The notes: generated from the sequence alone by a model not told the origin. DNA of 64,000 bases from Candidatus Hydrogenedentota bacterium (GCA_963745075.1 CAVUWV010000008.1:1-64000), one strand, 5' to 3'. Shown: positions 1 to 10,392, numbered from the stretch's first letter. Translations and numbers: made by a program.

Positions 1-38
1 TTATGTTGGTCGCGCCCGAACTTACGTTACGTATTGCT
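1..38 (+). other. Probable Oxford Nanopore adapter remnant (artefact)
   Basis: GTTACGTATTGCT at 26-38 matches the 3' end of the ONT ligation adapter; PurN-like coding similarity begins only after it. Confidence 0.75.
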
Positions 39-604
39 TTATCGATCGAATCGCGGCCGGGGAACTAGACGCGCAGATTCAATGCGTGGTGAGTTCCCGG
101 GCGGACGCGTATGGGTTGGTACGCGCGGCGAATCACCGGATTCCTACCGCGGTCTTGCCGCGCAAGGCGTACCCGGACACGGTTGCGTTCAGCGCGGCCA
201 TTTGGGACCAAGTTCGCACGTATGACGTGGACCTCGTTGTGATGGCCGGGTTCATGAGTTTGCTGGACGTGCCGGAGGATTTTGCGAACCGGATCGTCAA
301 CGTGCATCCCGCGTTGATCCCGTCGTTCTGTGGAAAAGGGATGTACGGGCATCACGTCCATGAGGCGGTGCTTGCTTACGGCGCGAAGGTGACCGGGGTG
401 ACCGTGCACTTCGCGAACGCGGAATACGACGAAGGCCCGATTATCCTGCAAGCGGCGGTGCCGGTGCACGAAGACGATACGCCGGACACGCTGGCGGAAC
501 GCGTGCAGGCCAAGGAGCGGGAAGTGTATCCGCAGGCGATTCAGTTGATCGCTGAAGGCCGGGTGACCGTCGAAGGCCGGCGGGTGAAGATTCGGAAACC
601 GTAG
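39..604 (+). CDS. purN: Phosphoribosylglycinamide formyltransferase, 5'-truncated
   Basis: IDRIAAGELDA..VVSSR, VVMAGFM, NVHPALIP, TGVTVHF, YDEGPII motifs. Confidence 0.93.
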
Positions 605-617
605 AAGGATTGGGGTT

Positions 618-1280
618 TTGATTACAGCCGTTTGTTTTGACCTGGATGGAACGTTGATCGATTCGACGGAAGCGATTGTCGAGTCGTTTTACCATACCTT
701 TAACGTCTTTGAAGAAGCCCGGCCGCCGCGCGAGGCGATTGTGAACAGCATCGGGTACGTGCTGGAAGAGCAGTTCGCCTTGCTCAGCGAAAACGACCCC
801 GCGGAATGCACGCGGGTCTATCGTGCGTACTACGCGCAGGTGTGCCGGCCGAAGACCACGTTGATGCCGGGCGCGCGGGAATGCCTGCAAGCGCTGCACG
901 ACGCAGGCCTGGACCTCGCATTCGCCACGTCGAAACGGCGTACCTATTCCGAAATGATCCTCGAACACCTCGGCGTGCTGGACTTCTTCTCGGTCCGCCT
1001 TGGGCCGGACGACGTATTGAAACCCAAGCCCGATCCCGAGGCGGTGTTGAAGACCTGCGAAATGCTGAACGTGACGCCGCGGCAACTGCTGTTTGTCGGT
1101 GACATGCATTTCGACGTACTGGCGTCGCGGAACGCAGGCGTGCGGTGTCTGTGCGTGACCACCGGCTACGCCACCCGCGAAGAACTGGAAGCGCTGGAGC
1201 CGGAACGCGTATTCGACGGGTTGGATGCGCTGACTGCGTACGTACTGGAAGACGTGCTGGAGACTGCGCAGCCGCAATGA
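618..1280 (+). CDS. HAD family hydrolase (phosphoglycolate phosphatase-like)
   Basis: FDLDGTL motif I, KPKPDP, FVGD motif IV. Confidence 0.9.
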   Translation: MITAVCFDLDGTLIDSTEAIVESFYHTFNVFEEARPPREAIVNSIGYVLEEQFALLSENDPAECTRVYRAYYAQVCRPKTTLMPGARECLQALHDAGLDLAFATSKRRTYSEMILEHLGVLDFFSVRLGPDDVLKPKPDPEAVLKTCEMLNVTPRQLLFVGDMHFDVLASRNAGVRCLCVTTGYATREELEALEPERVFDGLDALTAYVLEDVLETAQPQ

Positions 1281-1445
1281 TTCGCGCGGTGTTTACGATC
1301 GGAGGGATCGGGTAAGCCGTTCGCGGTGGTTCGCGAAATCGCCGAAAGTTTGTTTGGCGCGGTCCCTCAGCGGGATGCTATAGTAGGCGTTTCCATGCGT
1401 GTACCAGCCGGCGCGACGCTGCGCCGTTGACCCGGAGGAATCGCC

Positions 1446-2810
1446 ATGTCTACCCGCGACGCTGCTCTCGAATTCGCGAAGTCGAACCGGGACCGCTTTC
1501 TGGAAGAGTACAAGGCGCTGCTACGCCTGCCGAGCATCTCGACGTTACCGGAACATAAAGGTGACGTGCTGCGGACGGCGGAGTGGCTGGCGGACCAGCT
1601 CAAGTCCATCGGTTTGCCGAAGGTTTCCATCATGCCCACGAACGGGCATCCCATTGTCTACGCCGAATCCAAACCCGTTCCGGGAAAGCCGGTCGTGCTG
1701 GTCTACGGGCATTATGATGTGCAGCCCGTCGATCCCCTGGATGAATGGATCGCGCCGCCCTTCGAGCCGGACATTCGCGGCGACTACATTCACGCGCGCG
1801 GCGCGTCGGATATGAAGGGGCAAATCTTCGCCCAGATCAAGGCGCTGGAATCCCTGGCCAAACAGGGCGGCCCGCCGTGCACCCTCAAGTACTTGCTCGA
1901 GGGCGAGGAAGAAGTCGGATCGCCGAACCTGGGACCTTTCATCGACGCGCATCGGGACATGCTGGCCTGTGACTTCGTGTTGAACTGCGACTCCGGTATT
2001 CACCAGGCGGACATGCCGGGCATCGTCTATTCGTTGCGGGGCCTGGCCTACTTTGAAGTTGAAGTGCGGGGACCAAAGAAAGATTTGCACTCCGGTCTTT
2101 TCGGCGGGTCAATTCACAATCCGGCCCAGGCCCTATGCGAACTCATCGCGGGCATGCATGACGAAAAGGGGCGCGTGACACTACCGGGGTTTTACGACAA
2201 GGTGCGGGCGTTGGAGCCGGACGAGCGCGAAGCCCTGGGAAGACTCCCCTATTCCGATGCGGAGTGGAAAGCCATGACGGGCGCGCCGGGTCTGTGGGGC
2301 GAGGAAGGGTACACGACCCTGGAACGGATCGGTGCGCGGCCGACGCTGGAAGTCAACGGGATGATCAGTGGTTTCACGGGCGAGGGATCGAAGACTGTCC
2401 TGCCCGCGAAAGCCATGGCGAAGATCTCCATGCGGCTCGTGGCCGATCAGGAACCCTCCGAGATTCACGATCAACTCTGCGCGTACTTGAAGGCAAAGGC
2501 GCCGAAGACCATCGAATGGAAAGTGCGGGAACTCGTCCACGGTCCAGGCGCGATCATGGACCGCAAGTCGTCCTACATGCAGGCCGCGTTGGCCGCGCTG
2601 CGGACGGTGTTTAACAAGGAGCCCGTGTTTAAACGGGAAGGCGGCAGCGTGCCGATCGTGGGGTTGTTGCAGGAGAAGTTGGGCGTGGATTCCGTGATGT
2701 TGGGATTTGCGTTGCCCGACGACGGCATTCACGGTCCGAACGAACGGCAATACCTGCCGAATTTTTTCCGGGGTATCGATACGTACATTCACTTCATGAC
2801 GGGGTTGTAA
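1446..2810 (+). CDS. M20/M25/M40 family dipeptidase
   Basis: YGHYDVQP, ARGASDMKG, EGEEEVGS, DLHSG, IHGPNE; GGAGG RBS. Confidence 0.93.
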   Translation: MSTRDAALEFAKSNRDRFLEEYKALLRLPSISTLPEHKGDVLRTAEWLADQLKSIGLPKVSIMPTNGHPIVYAESKPVPGKPVVLVYGHYDVQPVDPLDEWIAPPFEPDIRGDYIHARGASDMKGQIFAQIKALESLAKQGGPPCTLKYLLEGEEEVGSPNLGPFIDAHRDMLACDFVLNCDSGIHQADMPGIVYSLRGLAYFEVEVRGPKKDLHSGLFGGSIHNPAQALCELIAGMHDEKGRVTLPGFYDKVRALEPDEREALGRLPYSDAEWKAMTGAPGLWGEEGYTTLERIGARPTLEVNGMISGFTGEGSKTVLPAKAMAKISMRLVADQEPSEIHDQLCAYLKAKAPKTIEWKVRELVHGPGAIMDRKSSYMQAALAALRTVFNKEPVFKREGGSVPIVGLLQEKLGVDSVMLGFALPDDGIHGPNERQYLPNFFRGIDTYIHFMTGL

Positions 2811-2842
2811 TCCATAGGCTTATGGTAGAGGAGGGGTAAAAC

Positions 2843-4183
2843 TTGGCGGAGGAGAAACCGGTACAGGCCGGCGGCGCGCGGTGGTCGGACCTGTACAAGC
2901 TGGAAGATTGGTGGGCCGTATGGCTCGGATTCGTGCTGCTGGCAGTGGTGGCGCTGGGGTGGGTGACCAAGGTGCCGACCATGCCGAAGTGGACCTGGGG
3001 CGGTTTCATGGAAGCGCACACCACGGGTTTGGTGGGGTCGCTGCTAATCCTGGCCGTCGGATTGGGCGCGTTGTTTTCCGTGGCCGTCGCCATGATGAAA
3101 GGACGGGACTGGCTGCGATTCGCGGGGGGCTATGTCGTAGTCTTCGTGCTTGCGGCCCTGTCCTATCTCATCGCGAAGGAATCGAACGTCAGCGCCTTCG
3201 ACATTCCCTACGCATTCTGGGCGTTGGCCATTGGCATGTTGATCAGCAACACCAGCGGCACGCCGGCATGGTTGAAAGCGGGCGCGCGCACGGAGTTTTA
3301 CATCAAGACGGGGCTCGTGATTCTGGGCGCCGAAATCCTGGTGGGCAAGATTCTTGCCTTCAGCGGGTACGGCCTGGCCATTGCCTGGGGCGTGACCCCG
3401 GTAGTCATTATTTTCATGTGGTTCTTCGGCACGCGATTGCTGAAGATCGCAAACAAACCTTTGATCATTACGATTGCCACAGCGACCTCGGTATGCGGCG
3501 TGTCTGCGGCGATCGCGGCGGCGGCGGCCTCGCGGGCCAAGAAGGAAGACCTCACCGTGGCAGTTGGCATGTCGCTGATCTTCACGGTGTTGATGATGAT
3601 CGCCATGCCGGCGTTCATCAACGGCATCGGCATGAATCCAACCCTGGGCGGCGCGTGGATGGGCGGCACGATCGACGCCACGGGCGCAGTGGTGGCGGCC
3701 GGCGTGGCCTTGGGCAAAGAGGGCGAAGCCGTTGCGGCCATCGTCAAGATGATCCAGAACGTGCTGATCGGATTGATTGCGTTCTGCATCGCCGTGTTCT
3801 GGGTCGCCTCGGTGGAGCGGGACCCGAACGGTGCGCGGCCGTCGATGATGGAAGTGTGGTACCGGTTGCCGAAGTTTATCCTCGGTTTCGTGATCGCCTC
3901 GATCATCGCGAGCATCATCAACACGACCGCGGGTGGGTCCGAATTCCTCGACGGTGTGTTGAAACAGACCAAGGGATTCCGCGGCTGGTTCTTCTGCATG
4001 GCCTTCGTATCCATCGGATTGGAATCGAACCTGCGCGAACTGGCGAAACAACTGGTCGGCGGCAAACCGATCATCCTGTATCTCGTGGGGCAGACGTTTA
4101 ATGTCATTCTAACGCTGGCGGTGGCGTGGCTGGTGTTGAGCGGGACGATCTTTCCAGAGCCTCCGCTACTGGCTGCGCCATGA
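2843..4183 (+). CDS. YeiH/putative sulfate exporter family membrane transporter
   Basis: About 11 TM segments; SVCGVSAAIA, GGTIDATGAV, VKMIQN motifs. Confidence 0.85.
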   Translation: MAEEKPVQAGGARWSDLYKLEDWWAVWLGFVLLAVVALGWVTKVPTMPKWTWGGFMEAHTTGLVGSLLILAVGLGALFSVAVAMMKGRDWLRFAGGYVVVFVLAALSYLIAKESNVSAFDIPYAFWALAIGMLISNTSGTPAWLKAGARTEFYIKTGLVILGAEILVGKILAFSGYGLAIAWGVTPVVIIFMWFFGTRLLKIANKPLIITIATATSVCGVSAAIAAAAASRAKKEDLTVAVGMSLIFTVLMMIAMPAFINGIGMNPTLGGAWMGGTIDATGAVVAAGVALGKEGEAVAAIVKMIQNVLIGLIAFCIAVFWVASVERDPNGARPSMMEVWYRLPKFILGFVIASIIASIINTTAGGSEFLDGVLKQTKGFRGWFFCMAFVSIGLESNLRELAKQLVGGKPIILYLVGQTFNVILTLAVAWLVLSGTIFPEPPLLAAP

Positions 4184-4425
4184 TGGCGAACCATGGGATA
4201 ATGCGCGTGGTGCGCGTCGGATTGATCTGGGCATGCGCCGTGGCCATCACCATCGTCTTGATGGTGTGGGTGCTGCCCTGGGCAGGCACGCGCGGATACG
4301 CGGGGGAAGTGATCCGCGCAAACCTGCGCGATGGCCGCGACGCGACGCCCCTGTTTTACACGGAATCGGACCGGACGCTGGAGATCGTGCGGCAGGTGGA
4401 AGGGCGCACGCGGGGAGCCCAGTAA
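4180..4425 (+). CDS. Small membrane-anchored protein coupled to the transporter
   Basis: ATGA start/stop overlap with upstream gene; one TM; DATPLFYTE motif. Confidence 0.6.
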   Translation: MMANHGIMRVVRVGLIWACAVAITIVLMVWVLPWAGTRGYAGEVIRANLRDGRDATPLFYTESDRTLEIVRQVEGRTRGAQ

Positions 4426-4519
4426 GAAACCGCTTCGGGTCGTAGACAACACGGATGTGCATAGCCCAAGGAGTACGCAAGATAAGACAACGTTCTTCAA
4501 TGGGTGGAGGTCCCGGGCC

Positions 4520-5374
4520 ATGCGCTACAGTGAGTATACGAACGTAGGCGACTTTCTTTCGGTGGTTAAACCCAATCTCCTGCGGGACGAGTGCGTGAAC
4601 AGTCTCATGCTCGGGATCTGCCTGCGCATCGTCGAACGGCCTGACTACGAAAGCGAGCCGCCACACTTGGCAACCGTCACTTCGGGAGAAGAGCTTCACC
4701 TCGCAGCCGTACGAACGCCCCCCCGAAAGAGTCTGCACATCTATGCAGCGGACCTCGAAAACCCCGCCGGGCTGGAGGTCCTTGTCGAAGGTTTGTCCTC
4801 GTCCGGTGTGGGCGCGCCGGAGGTCTTCGCGATCGAACCACTCGCGAAGGCGTTTGCGGGTGCCTGGAGCGCGAAAACCGGCGTTTCGGCGCGGGAAGGC
4901 ACCCGTCAGCGAATCCACCGGCTCGAACGGGTCGTGCACCCGACGTACCCGCCGGGCGACATGCGACAGGCCACACGTGCAGATCTTGACCTCGTCAGGG
5001 AATGGGCGTCTGGATTTCACCAGGACTGTTTTCACGAGCCCCCGTACGAACGCACGATTGCCGGCGCGGAGCGGCGCGTAAGCGATGGGACGCTATTCTT
5101 GTGGGTGGACGAAACTCCACGGGCCATGGCCGCGCGTAATCGTCCGACACCGACCGGGGAATGCATCAGCTACGTGTACACGCCGCCCGAACACCGAAAC
5201 CACGGTTACGCAAGCGCGGTGGTGGCGCGGTTGTCGCAGAAGATCCTGGACGAGGACAAGTCGTTCTGCACGTTGTATACCGATCTGGGCAACCCCACGT
5301 CCAACAGCATTTACCGGAAGCTCGGGTACGTCGGTATGGCGGATTTCCTGGATATCGAACTCGGCGAGGGTTAG
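4520..5374 (+). CDS. GNAT family N-acetyltransferase
   Basis: VYTPPEHRNHGYAS, LYTDLGNPTSNSIYRKLGY; GGAGG RBS. Confidence 0.88.
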   Translation: MRYSEYTNVGDFLSVVKPNLLRDECVNSLMLGICLRIVERPDYESEPPHLATVTSGEELHLAAVRTPPRKSLHIYAADLENPAGLEVLVEGLSSSGVGAPEVFAIEPLAKAFAGAWSAKTGVSAREGTRQRIHRLERVVHPTYPPGDMRQATRADLDLVREWASGFHQDCFHEPPYERTIAGAERRVSDGTLFLWVDETPRAMAARNRPTPTGECISYVYTPPEHRNHGYASAVVARLSQKILDEDKSFCTLYTDLGNPTSNSIYRKLGYVGMADFLDIELGEG

Positions 5375-5620
5375 CACCCGCGGCAGCATAGGAACACGAA
5401 TCCCCTGGAGGGCGGGTTTTCCAACCCGCCATGCCCACGACCTAACGGACGACGGTCGCCTGCGCGGTAGACATTCAACGTATTCGTGCGGTCAGGACCG
5501 CCGCGGACCAGAGGAAAGATCCCACCTCGAAATCCAAGCTTTGGCACCGGCGGACAAGAATGTCCGCCCTTCTTTGCCGCTTCTTGGCCATTTCACGCCC
5601 GTTGCGCGCCGCGCTCCCCA

Positions 5621-5650
5621 TTGCGGAGGAACGTGTTCTGTTGCTATAAT
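5621..5650 (+). promoter_or_regulatory. Probable sigma70 promoter of yebC-ruvC
   Basis: Extended -10 TGcTATAAT at 5642-5650; TTGCGG at 5621. Confidence 0.5.
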
Positions 5651-5721
5651 TTGGGTTGTGTATTCTGGAGTCGAATACCGTCAAGTGAAGGCGCAACAAC
5701 CGAATTTGGAGAGCTACGTCG

Positions 5722-6471
5722 ATGTCCGGTCATAGCAAGTGGAGCACGATCAAGCGCAAGAAAGGCGCGGCGGATGCCAAGCGCGGGAAGATTTTCTCCC
5801 GGTTGGCCAAGGAAATCACCGTCGCCGCCCGGCTCGGTGGAGGCGACCCCAGCGCTAACCCCCGGCTCCGAACGGTCCTGCTTTCGGCGCGTTCCCAGAA
5901 CATGCCCAAGGACAACGTCGAGCGCGCGATCAAGAAGGGCACCGGCGAAATCCCGGGCGTCACCTACGAAGAAATACGCTACGAGTGTTACGGTCCGGCC
6001 GGTGTCGCACTGATTGTGGACGTATTGACGGATAACAAGAACCGGACCGTGGCGGAAATCCGGCATGCCATCACCAAAGTCGGCGGCAGTATGGCCGAAA
6101 ACGGGGCGGTGAGCTGGAACTTCGAGCGCAAAGGCGTCATCACCGTACCGAAAGAGGGGCTGACCGACGACGGCATCTTCGAGAAGGCGGTCGAAGCCGG
6201 TGCGGAAGACGTGGACACCGAAGGCGACATGTACGAGATTACGACCGAAGCGACCGACCTTCACGCCGTGTGTGAGGCCCTGGAAGAAATGAAAGTGGCC
6301 ACGGACAGCGCGGAACTCACGATGATCCCCAAGACCACGATCAAGGTCGAAGGGAGCAGCGTGGGTCAGGTGCTTCGCCTGATGGAAACGCTGGAAGACC
6401 ACGACGACGTACAGAACGTGTACGCGAACTTCGACATCTCCGAGGAGGAGATGGCCGCGGCCGTCGAGTAG
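5722..6471 (+). CDS. yebC: YebC/PmpR family protein
   Basis: [36 protein letters not shown]. Confidence 0.96.
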   Translation: MSGHSKWSTIKRKKGAADAKRGKIFSRLAKEITVAARLGGGDPSANPRLRTVLLSARSQNMPKDNVERAIKKGTGEIPGVTYEEIRYECYGPAGVALIVDVLTDNKNRTVAEIRHAITKVGGSMAENGAVSWNFERKGVITVPKEGLTDDGIFEKAVEAGAEDVDTEGDMYEITTEATDLHAVCEALEEMKVATDSAELTMIPKTTIKVEGSSVGQVLRLMETLEDHDDVQNVYANFDISEEEMAAAVE

Positions 6472-6475
6472 CGGA

Positions 6476-6967
6476 GTGCGTGTACTCGGGTTTGACCCCG
6501 GCACGGCGACCACCGGCTACGGCGTGGTCGAGGGCAGGGGCACCCGCCTTACCCATATTGCCCATGGGGTCATCTCGACCCCGGCACACCAACCTTTTGC
6601 TGCGCGCCTGAAAGCGATCTTTGAGGAGTGCCGGTCATTGATCGAGACCTACCAGCCGGACGCGGTGGCCATCGAAAAACTGTACTTCTCCCGTAACGTG
6701 ACGACGGGGATTACCGTGGCCCAGGCGCGCGGGGTGATCGCGCTGTCCTGCGAGCTTGCGGGGAAACCCATCGGCGAGTTCAGTCCCCTCGAAGTGAAGA
6801 ATGCCGTGGTGGGATACGGCAAGGCGACGAAGCAGCAGGTCCAGGAGATGGTGAAGATCCTGTTGTCCCTCGAGGCCCGGCCGCGCCCCGACGATGCGGC
6901 GGACGCCATCGCCCTGGCCATCTGCCAGATTCACGCGGGAAAGGTGCGCACGATTCAGGAACCGTGA
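6476..6967 (+). CDS. ruvC: Holliday junction resolvase
   Basis: LGFDPG, AIEKLYF, GYGKATKQQV, DDAADAIALA. Confidence 0.96.
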   Translation: MRVLGFDPGTATTGYGVVEGRGTRLTHIAHGVISTPAHQPFAARLKAIFEECRSLIETYQPDAVAIEKLYFSRNVTTGITVAQARGVIALSCELAGKPIGEFSPLEVKNAVVGYGKATKQQVQEMVKILLSLEARPRPDDAADAIALAICQIHAGKVRTIQEP

Positions 6968-7110
6968 GGGGCAGCCCTCTGGCCGATGGGACAAATTGGA
7001 CCCATGGGACCGGTGAGTGCGAATTCACCATGCCACTTCCCCGAAACAAAGCCGACGCCCCGGCGGCTGGTGCCACCGGGGCGCCTTACGGGAATCAAAT
7101 CACCGGCACG

Positions 7111-7455
7111 TTACGCGTTTTTGTCGAACAGCAGACCTTGGATCTGCCGGACTTTGGAAGCGATGCGGAGCAGGTCCTCGGGAGGAATCTGCTTGATCAC
7201 CTCGTTTGCGTCGTTCACGATCTGCACGATAATTCGTTTGCTATCGCGATCGATTCGCAGTCGAGTTCCGGTTCCTTCGGTCAGTTGTACCTGTTCAAGT
7301 TCGTGCGTTGCGGCCGTCGTGGGCTTTGGACTTTCTGGCGCCTGGTGCGCCGCTTCTTTCGGCGCTGACGCGGGACCGCCTCCAGAAGGAGTCCGAGCCA
7401 ACGACGGGTCAGCAAGAACGCGCAGTTCCTGTCCCGTCACGCTTCGTACTCCCAT
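7111..7455 (-). CDS. flaG: Flagellar protein FlaG
   Basis: C-terminal IIVQIVN..NEVIKQIPPEDLL..GLLFD; downstream of flagellins. Confidence 0.88.
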   Translation of the reverse strand: MGVRSVTGQELRVLADPSLARTPSGGGPASAPKEAAHQAPESPKPTTAATHELEQVQLTEGTGTRLRIDRDSKRIIVQIVNDANEVIKQIPPEDLLRIASKVRQIQGLLFDKNA

Positions 7456-7560
7456 TGGTCGTCTCCCTACTCGGGTAAGGTCAACGCACCGCCTACCGGG
7501 AAGCCCCTAGGATTCCCGGACGGGCCCGCAGATATCGCTACCTGCGGTTTGGCGTATTCC

Positions 7561-8376
7561 CTACCGCAACAACGTCAATGCCGTCTGCGGCAACACGTTA
7601 GCCTGCGCCAGCACCGAAGTGCCCGCACTGACCAGAATTTGGTTGCGCGTGAACGCAATCGTCTCGCGCGCAATGTCCGCATCGCGGATGGCACTCTCGG
7701 AAGCGGATGAGTTCTCCTCCTGGATGGCCAGGGTGTTAATGGTGAACTCGAGGCGGTTCTGGAACGCACCCAAGTCGCTGCGCAAGGTCGTTACGCTGCG
7801 AATGGCCCGGTCCACGGTGCTCAAGGCCGCGACAGCCGACGCCGCGTTGGACACGCGCACCGCGCTGATACCGAGGTCGCGGGTCGAGGCGCCTTTCACG
7901 ATGATGCGGAGGGTTTGTCCCTGTTGCGCACCGGCTTGCAGTGTGACCGTCTGCGAACCGCTGAGCACGCGTACGCCATTGAACTCCGTATCGAAGGCGA
8001 TGTCGTCGACCTGATCGAGCAACTGCAGCACTTCGTTGTTCAGTGCAGCTTGGTTGTCGGTGCTTTGCGTGCCGTTGGCGGCCTGAACGGCCAATTCACG
8101 GACGCGCTGCAGAATGTTGGTGGTTTCACTGAGCGCGCCTTCGGCGGTCTGCACGAGGCTGACGCCGTCCTGCGCGTTCCGTTGCGCCACCTGGGTGCCG
8201 CGCACCACCGAGCGGAAACCTTCCGCGATGGCCAGGCCGGCGGCGTCGTCCGCCGCCCGGTTGATGCGCAAGCCGCTCGCGAGCCGTTCCAGACTGACGT
8301 TCAACGCTTTGGTTGAACGGTTCAGGATACGGCCCGCATTGAGCGCTGCAGTATTCGTGTTGATTCTAAGTCCCAT
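7561..8376 (-). CDS. fliC: Flagellin (short, ~271 aa)
   Basis: MGLRINTN, ERLASGLRINRAADDAAGL, LGAFQNRLE, IRDADIA; AAGGAGG RBS. Confidence 0.96.
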   Translation of the reverse strand: MGLRINTNTAALNAGRILNRSTKALNVSLERLASGLRINRAADDAAGLAIAEGFRSVVRGTQVAQRNAQDGVSLVQTAEGALSETTNILQRVRELAVQAANGTQSTDNQAALNNEVLQLLDQVDDIAFDTEFNGVRVLSGSQTVTLQAGAQQGQTLRIIVKGASTRDLGISAVRVSNAASAVAALSTVDRAIRSVTTLRSDLGAFQNRLEFTINTLAIQEENSSASESAIRDADIARETIAFTRNQILVSAGTSVLAQANVLPQTALTLLR

Positions 8377-8403
8377 AGTTTTACCCTCCTTGAGTGGCAC
8401 GTC

Positions 8404-8419
8404 GGGGCATCCCTACCCC
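8404..8419 (-). promoter_or_regulatory. CsrA-type hairpin in flagellin leader
   Basis: Minus strand GGGGUAGGGAUGCCCC, GGA in loop just upstream of the SD. Confidence 0.6.
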
Positions 8420-8594
8420 AACTGCGTGTACAACATCATGTTGTTTGCAGGTCATTCGCCGCCGGTTACACGTACCGGGCAGCGAATCAGTCCGTTCGCG
8501 CATCACCTCCTTTCGAGACGTGGTTCACTTGGGGGCCGGGGCGTCTGCCCCGGCCTCCCGTGGTGAATCGTTCCTTAAAATTCACCTCGGCGGA

Positions 8595-9413
8595 TTACCG
8601 GCCGAGAAGCTGTAACGCGGTCTGGGGAATCAAGTTGGATTGCGCCAAGATCGAAGTACCGGCACTCACCAGGATTTGGTTCCGCGTAAATTTGATGGTT
8701 TCCCGGGCGATGTCCGCATCGCGGATGGCGCTTTCGGAGGCCGAGGAATTCTCTTCTTGGATGGCCAAGGTGTTGATGGTGAATTCGAGGCGGTTCTGGA
8801 ACGCACCCAAGTCGCTGCGAAGGGTGGTGACACTGCGAATGGCGTGATCCACCGTGCTGAGGGCCGCAACGGCCGAAGCGGCATTCGACACCCGGACGGC
8901 ACTGACGCCGAGGTCGCGGGTCGATGCGCCCTTCACGATGATACGGAGCGTCTGTCCCTGCTGCGCGCCGGCCTGCAGGGTAACGGTTTGGGAGCCACTG
9001 AGAACGCGTAACCCGTTGAACTCCGTGTCGAAGGCGATGTCGTCGACCTGATCGAGGAGCTGCAAGACTTCGTTGTTCAGGGCCGCTTGGTTTTCCGTGC
9101 TCTGGGTACCGTTCGCCGCCTGAACGGCGAGTTCGCGGATACGTTGCAGGATATTGGTGGTTTCGCTGAGTGCGCCTTCCGCCGTCTGCACCAGGCTGAC
9201 GCCGTCCTGGGCGTTCCGCTGGGCAACCTGCGTGCCACGCACGACCGATTGGAATCCTTCGGCGATGGCCAAGCCGGCGGCGTCGTCCGCGGCCCGATTG
9301 ATGCGAAGCCCGCTGGCCAGCCGTTCCAAGCTGGTGTTCAACTGGGAAGTTGACCGTTGGAGAATTCGAGCGGAATTCAGCGCAGCCGTATTCGTGTTGA
9401 TTCTGAGACCCAT
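8595..9413 (-). CDS. fliC: Flagellin (short, 272 aa)
   Basis: Same flagellin motifs; nearly identical to 7561-8376. Confidence 0.96.
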   Translation of the reverse strand: MGLRINTNTAALNSARILQRSTSQLNTSLERLASGLRINRAADDAAGLAIAEGFQSVVRGTQVAQRNAQDGVSLVQTAEGALSETTNILQRIRELAVQAANGTQSTENQAALNNEVLQLLDQVDDIAFDTEFNGLRVLSGSQTVTLQAGAQQGQTLRIIVKGASTRDLGVSAVRVSNAASAVAALSTVDHAIRSVTTLRSDLGAFQNRLEFTINTLAIQEENSSASESAIRDADIARETIKFTRNQILVSAGTSILAQSNLIPQTALQLLGR

Positions 9414-9975
9414 AGTTCAGTCCTCCGTGAGTGGTTAGCCGTGCGCATCCTTGCGCACATCATCCCTGTCCAAGGCGTCCGTCCCATTCAGACGCCTCTT
9501 CTTTGCGGCAATCTTTCCCTAAAAAGATCGTCGCGATTCGAAAGAGCGCCGCGTGACCGCGACCGTCGTTACGCGTCCCTAAACTGCGTGCCGATGCGGT
9601 TCGCTGCGTTCGTTCATCCCTAAAGTGCGGGTAATGTGGTTTTTACCGTGGAGTTCCCTTACTCCGTCGGCTATTGGCTGGTGTGTCCCCGTCGATACCC
9701 CGTTTTGCCCCATACCTGTCCCTGGTCGGGGGCAGAATCCGTGTTACGCTCTTGCGCTGCGCCGCCACTTGGCGCACGTAATGTCCCTGTGTGCGTCCGA
9801 GCAGTGGGCAGCGGCTTCGGAGGATTCCCCCAAGTTCCGCATTTCCGCGATTCAACTGATCACCGCGTTGGGCCGCCCTCTTCGGGCCGTCCCGATCCGC
9901 TGAAAATGTCCGGCCAACGTATCCCTCGTTGGCCCGTCCGGCTGCCCTTGACTGGGTCCATTCCGGCGTTTCTAC
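9414..9975 (-). promoter_or_regulatory. Long GGA-hairpin-rich flagellin 5' leader (CsrA-binding-like)
   Basis: Lies between the sigma28 promoter and the ATG; 8 AGGGA motifs plus GUGCGC-AAGGAU-GCGCAC at 9441-9458. Confidence 0.65.
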
Positions 9976-9980
9976 GATTT

Positions 9981-10007
9981 TTATCGGCAACTTTAGCCGA
10001 AACTTTA
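9981..10007 (-). promoter_or_regulatory. Sigma28 (FliA) promoter
   Basis: Minus strand TAAA-N15-GCCGATAA, perfect consensus, with AT-rich upstream region. Confidence 0.9.
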
Positions 10008-10320
10008 GCGTTTTTTTGAAAGAAATTTACGGGGTATTCGAGGGTGATTAAACTGTTTACAATGTCACAAAAAATGAACACTCGATCGTACGGGAAAATA
10101 ATTAAGTTATTTATTATGAATAATTTATGGACATACGTCCGCAAAGGGATCCGGGCCGCGGGTGCCACCGAGAGTAAGCACGGTCGTATTGGCAGGAGAG
10201 AAAATTCAGGCCAAGAATCCAGAAAACAGAGGAAGTTCAGCCTAATGTTGAAACTGACGCGCCGACGAGGGGAGCGCGACGGTGGGGTTGCGGGTCGGAT
10301 ACGGGGAATCCGCCATTAAC

Positions 10321-10366
10321 GACTGGACGGGAGCCCTTCTATTCTTGAGAAGAGCCCCCGTCAATC
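10321..10366 (-). terminator. Stem-loop downstream of third flagellin
   Basis: Imperfect inverted repeat GACGGG.GCCCTTCT/AGAAGAGCCCCCGTC. Confidence 0.45.
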
Positions 10367-10392
10367 CGGGTTATCGTCTTTGGGCGTTGGAA

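Noticed and set aside
9680..9720. c-di-GMP-I riboswitch in the flagellin leader (GGGGCAAAAC)
   Set aside because: No GAAA tetraloop and GACGCAAAG receptor arrangement visible; an Infernal search would settle it
9636..10319. Short ORFs between the flagellins
   Set aside because: No motifs or RBS; the region is better explained as promoter plus structured leader
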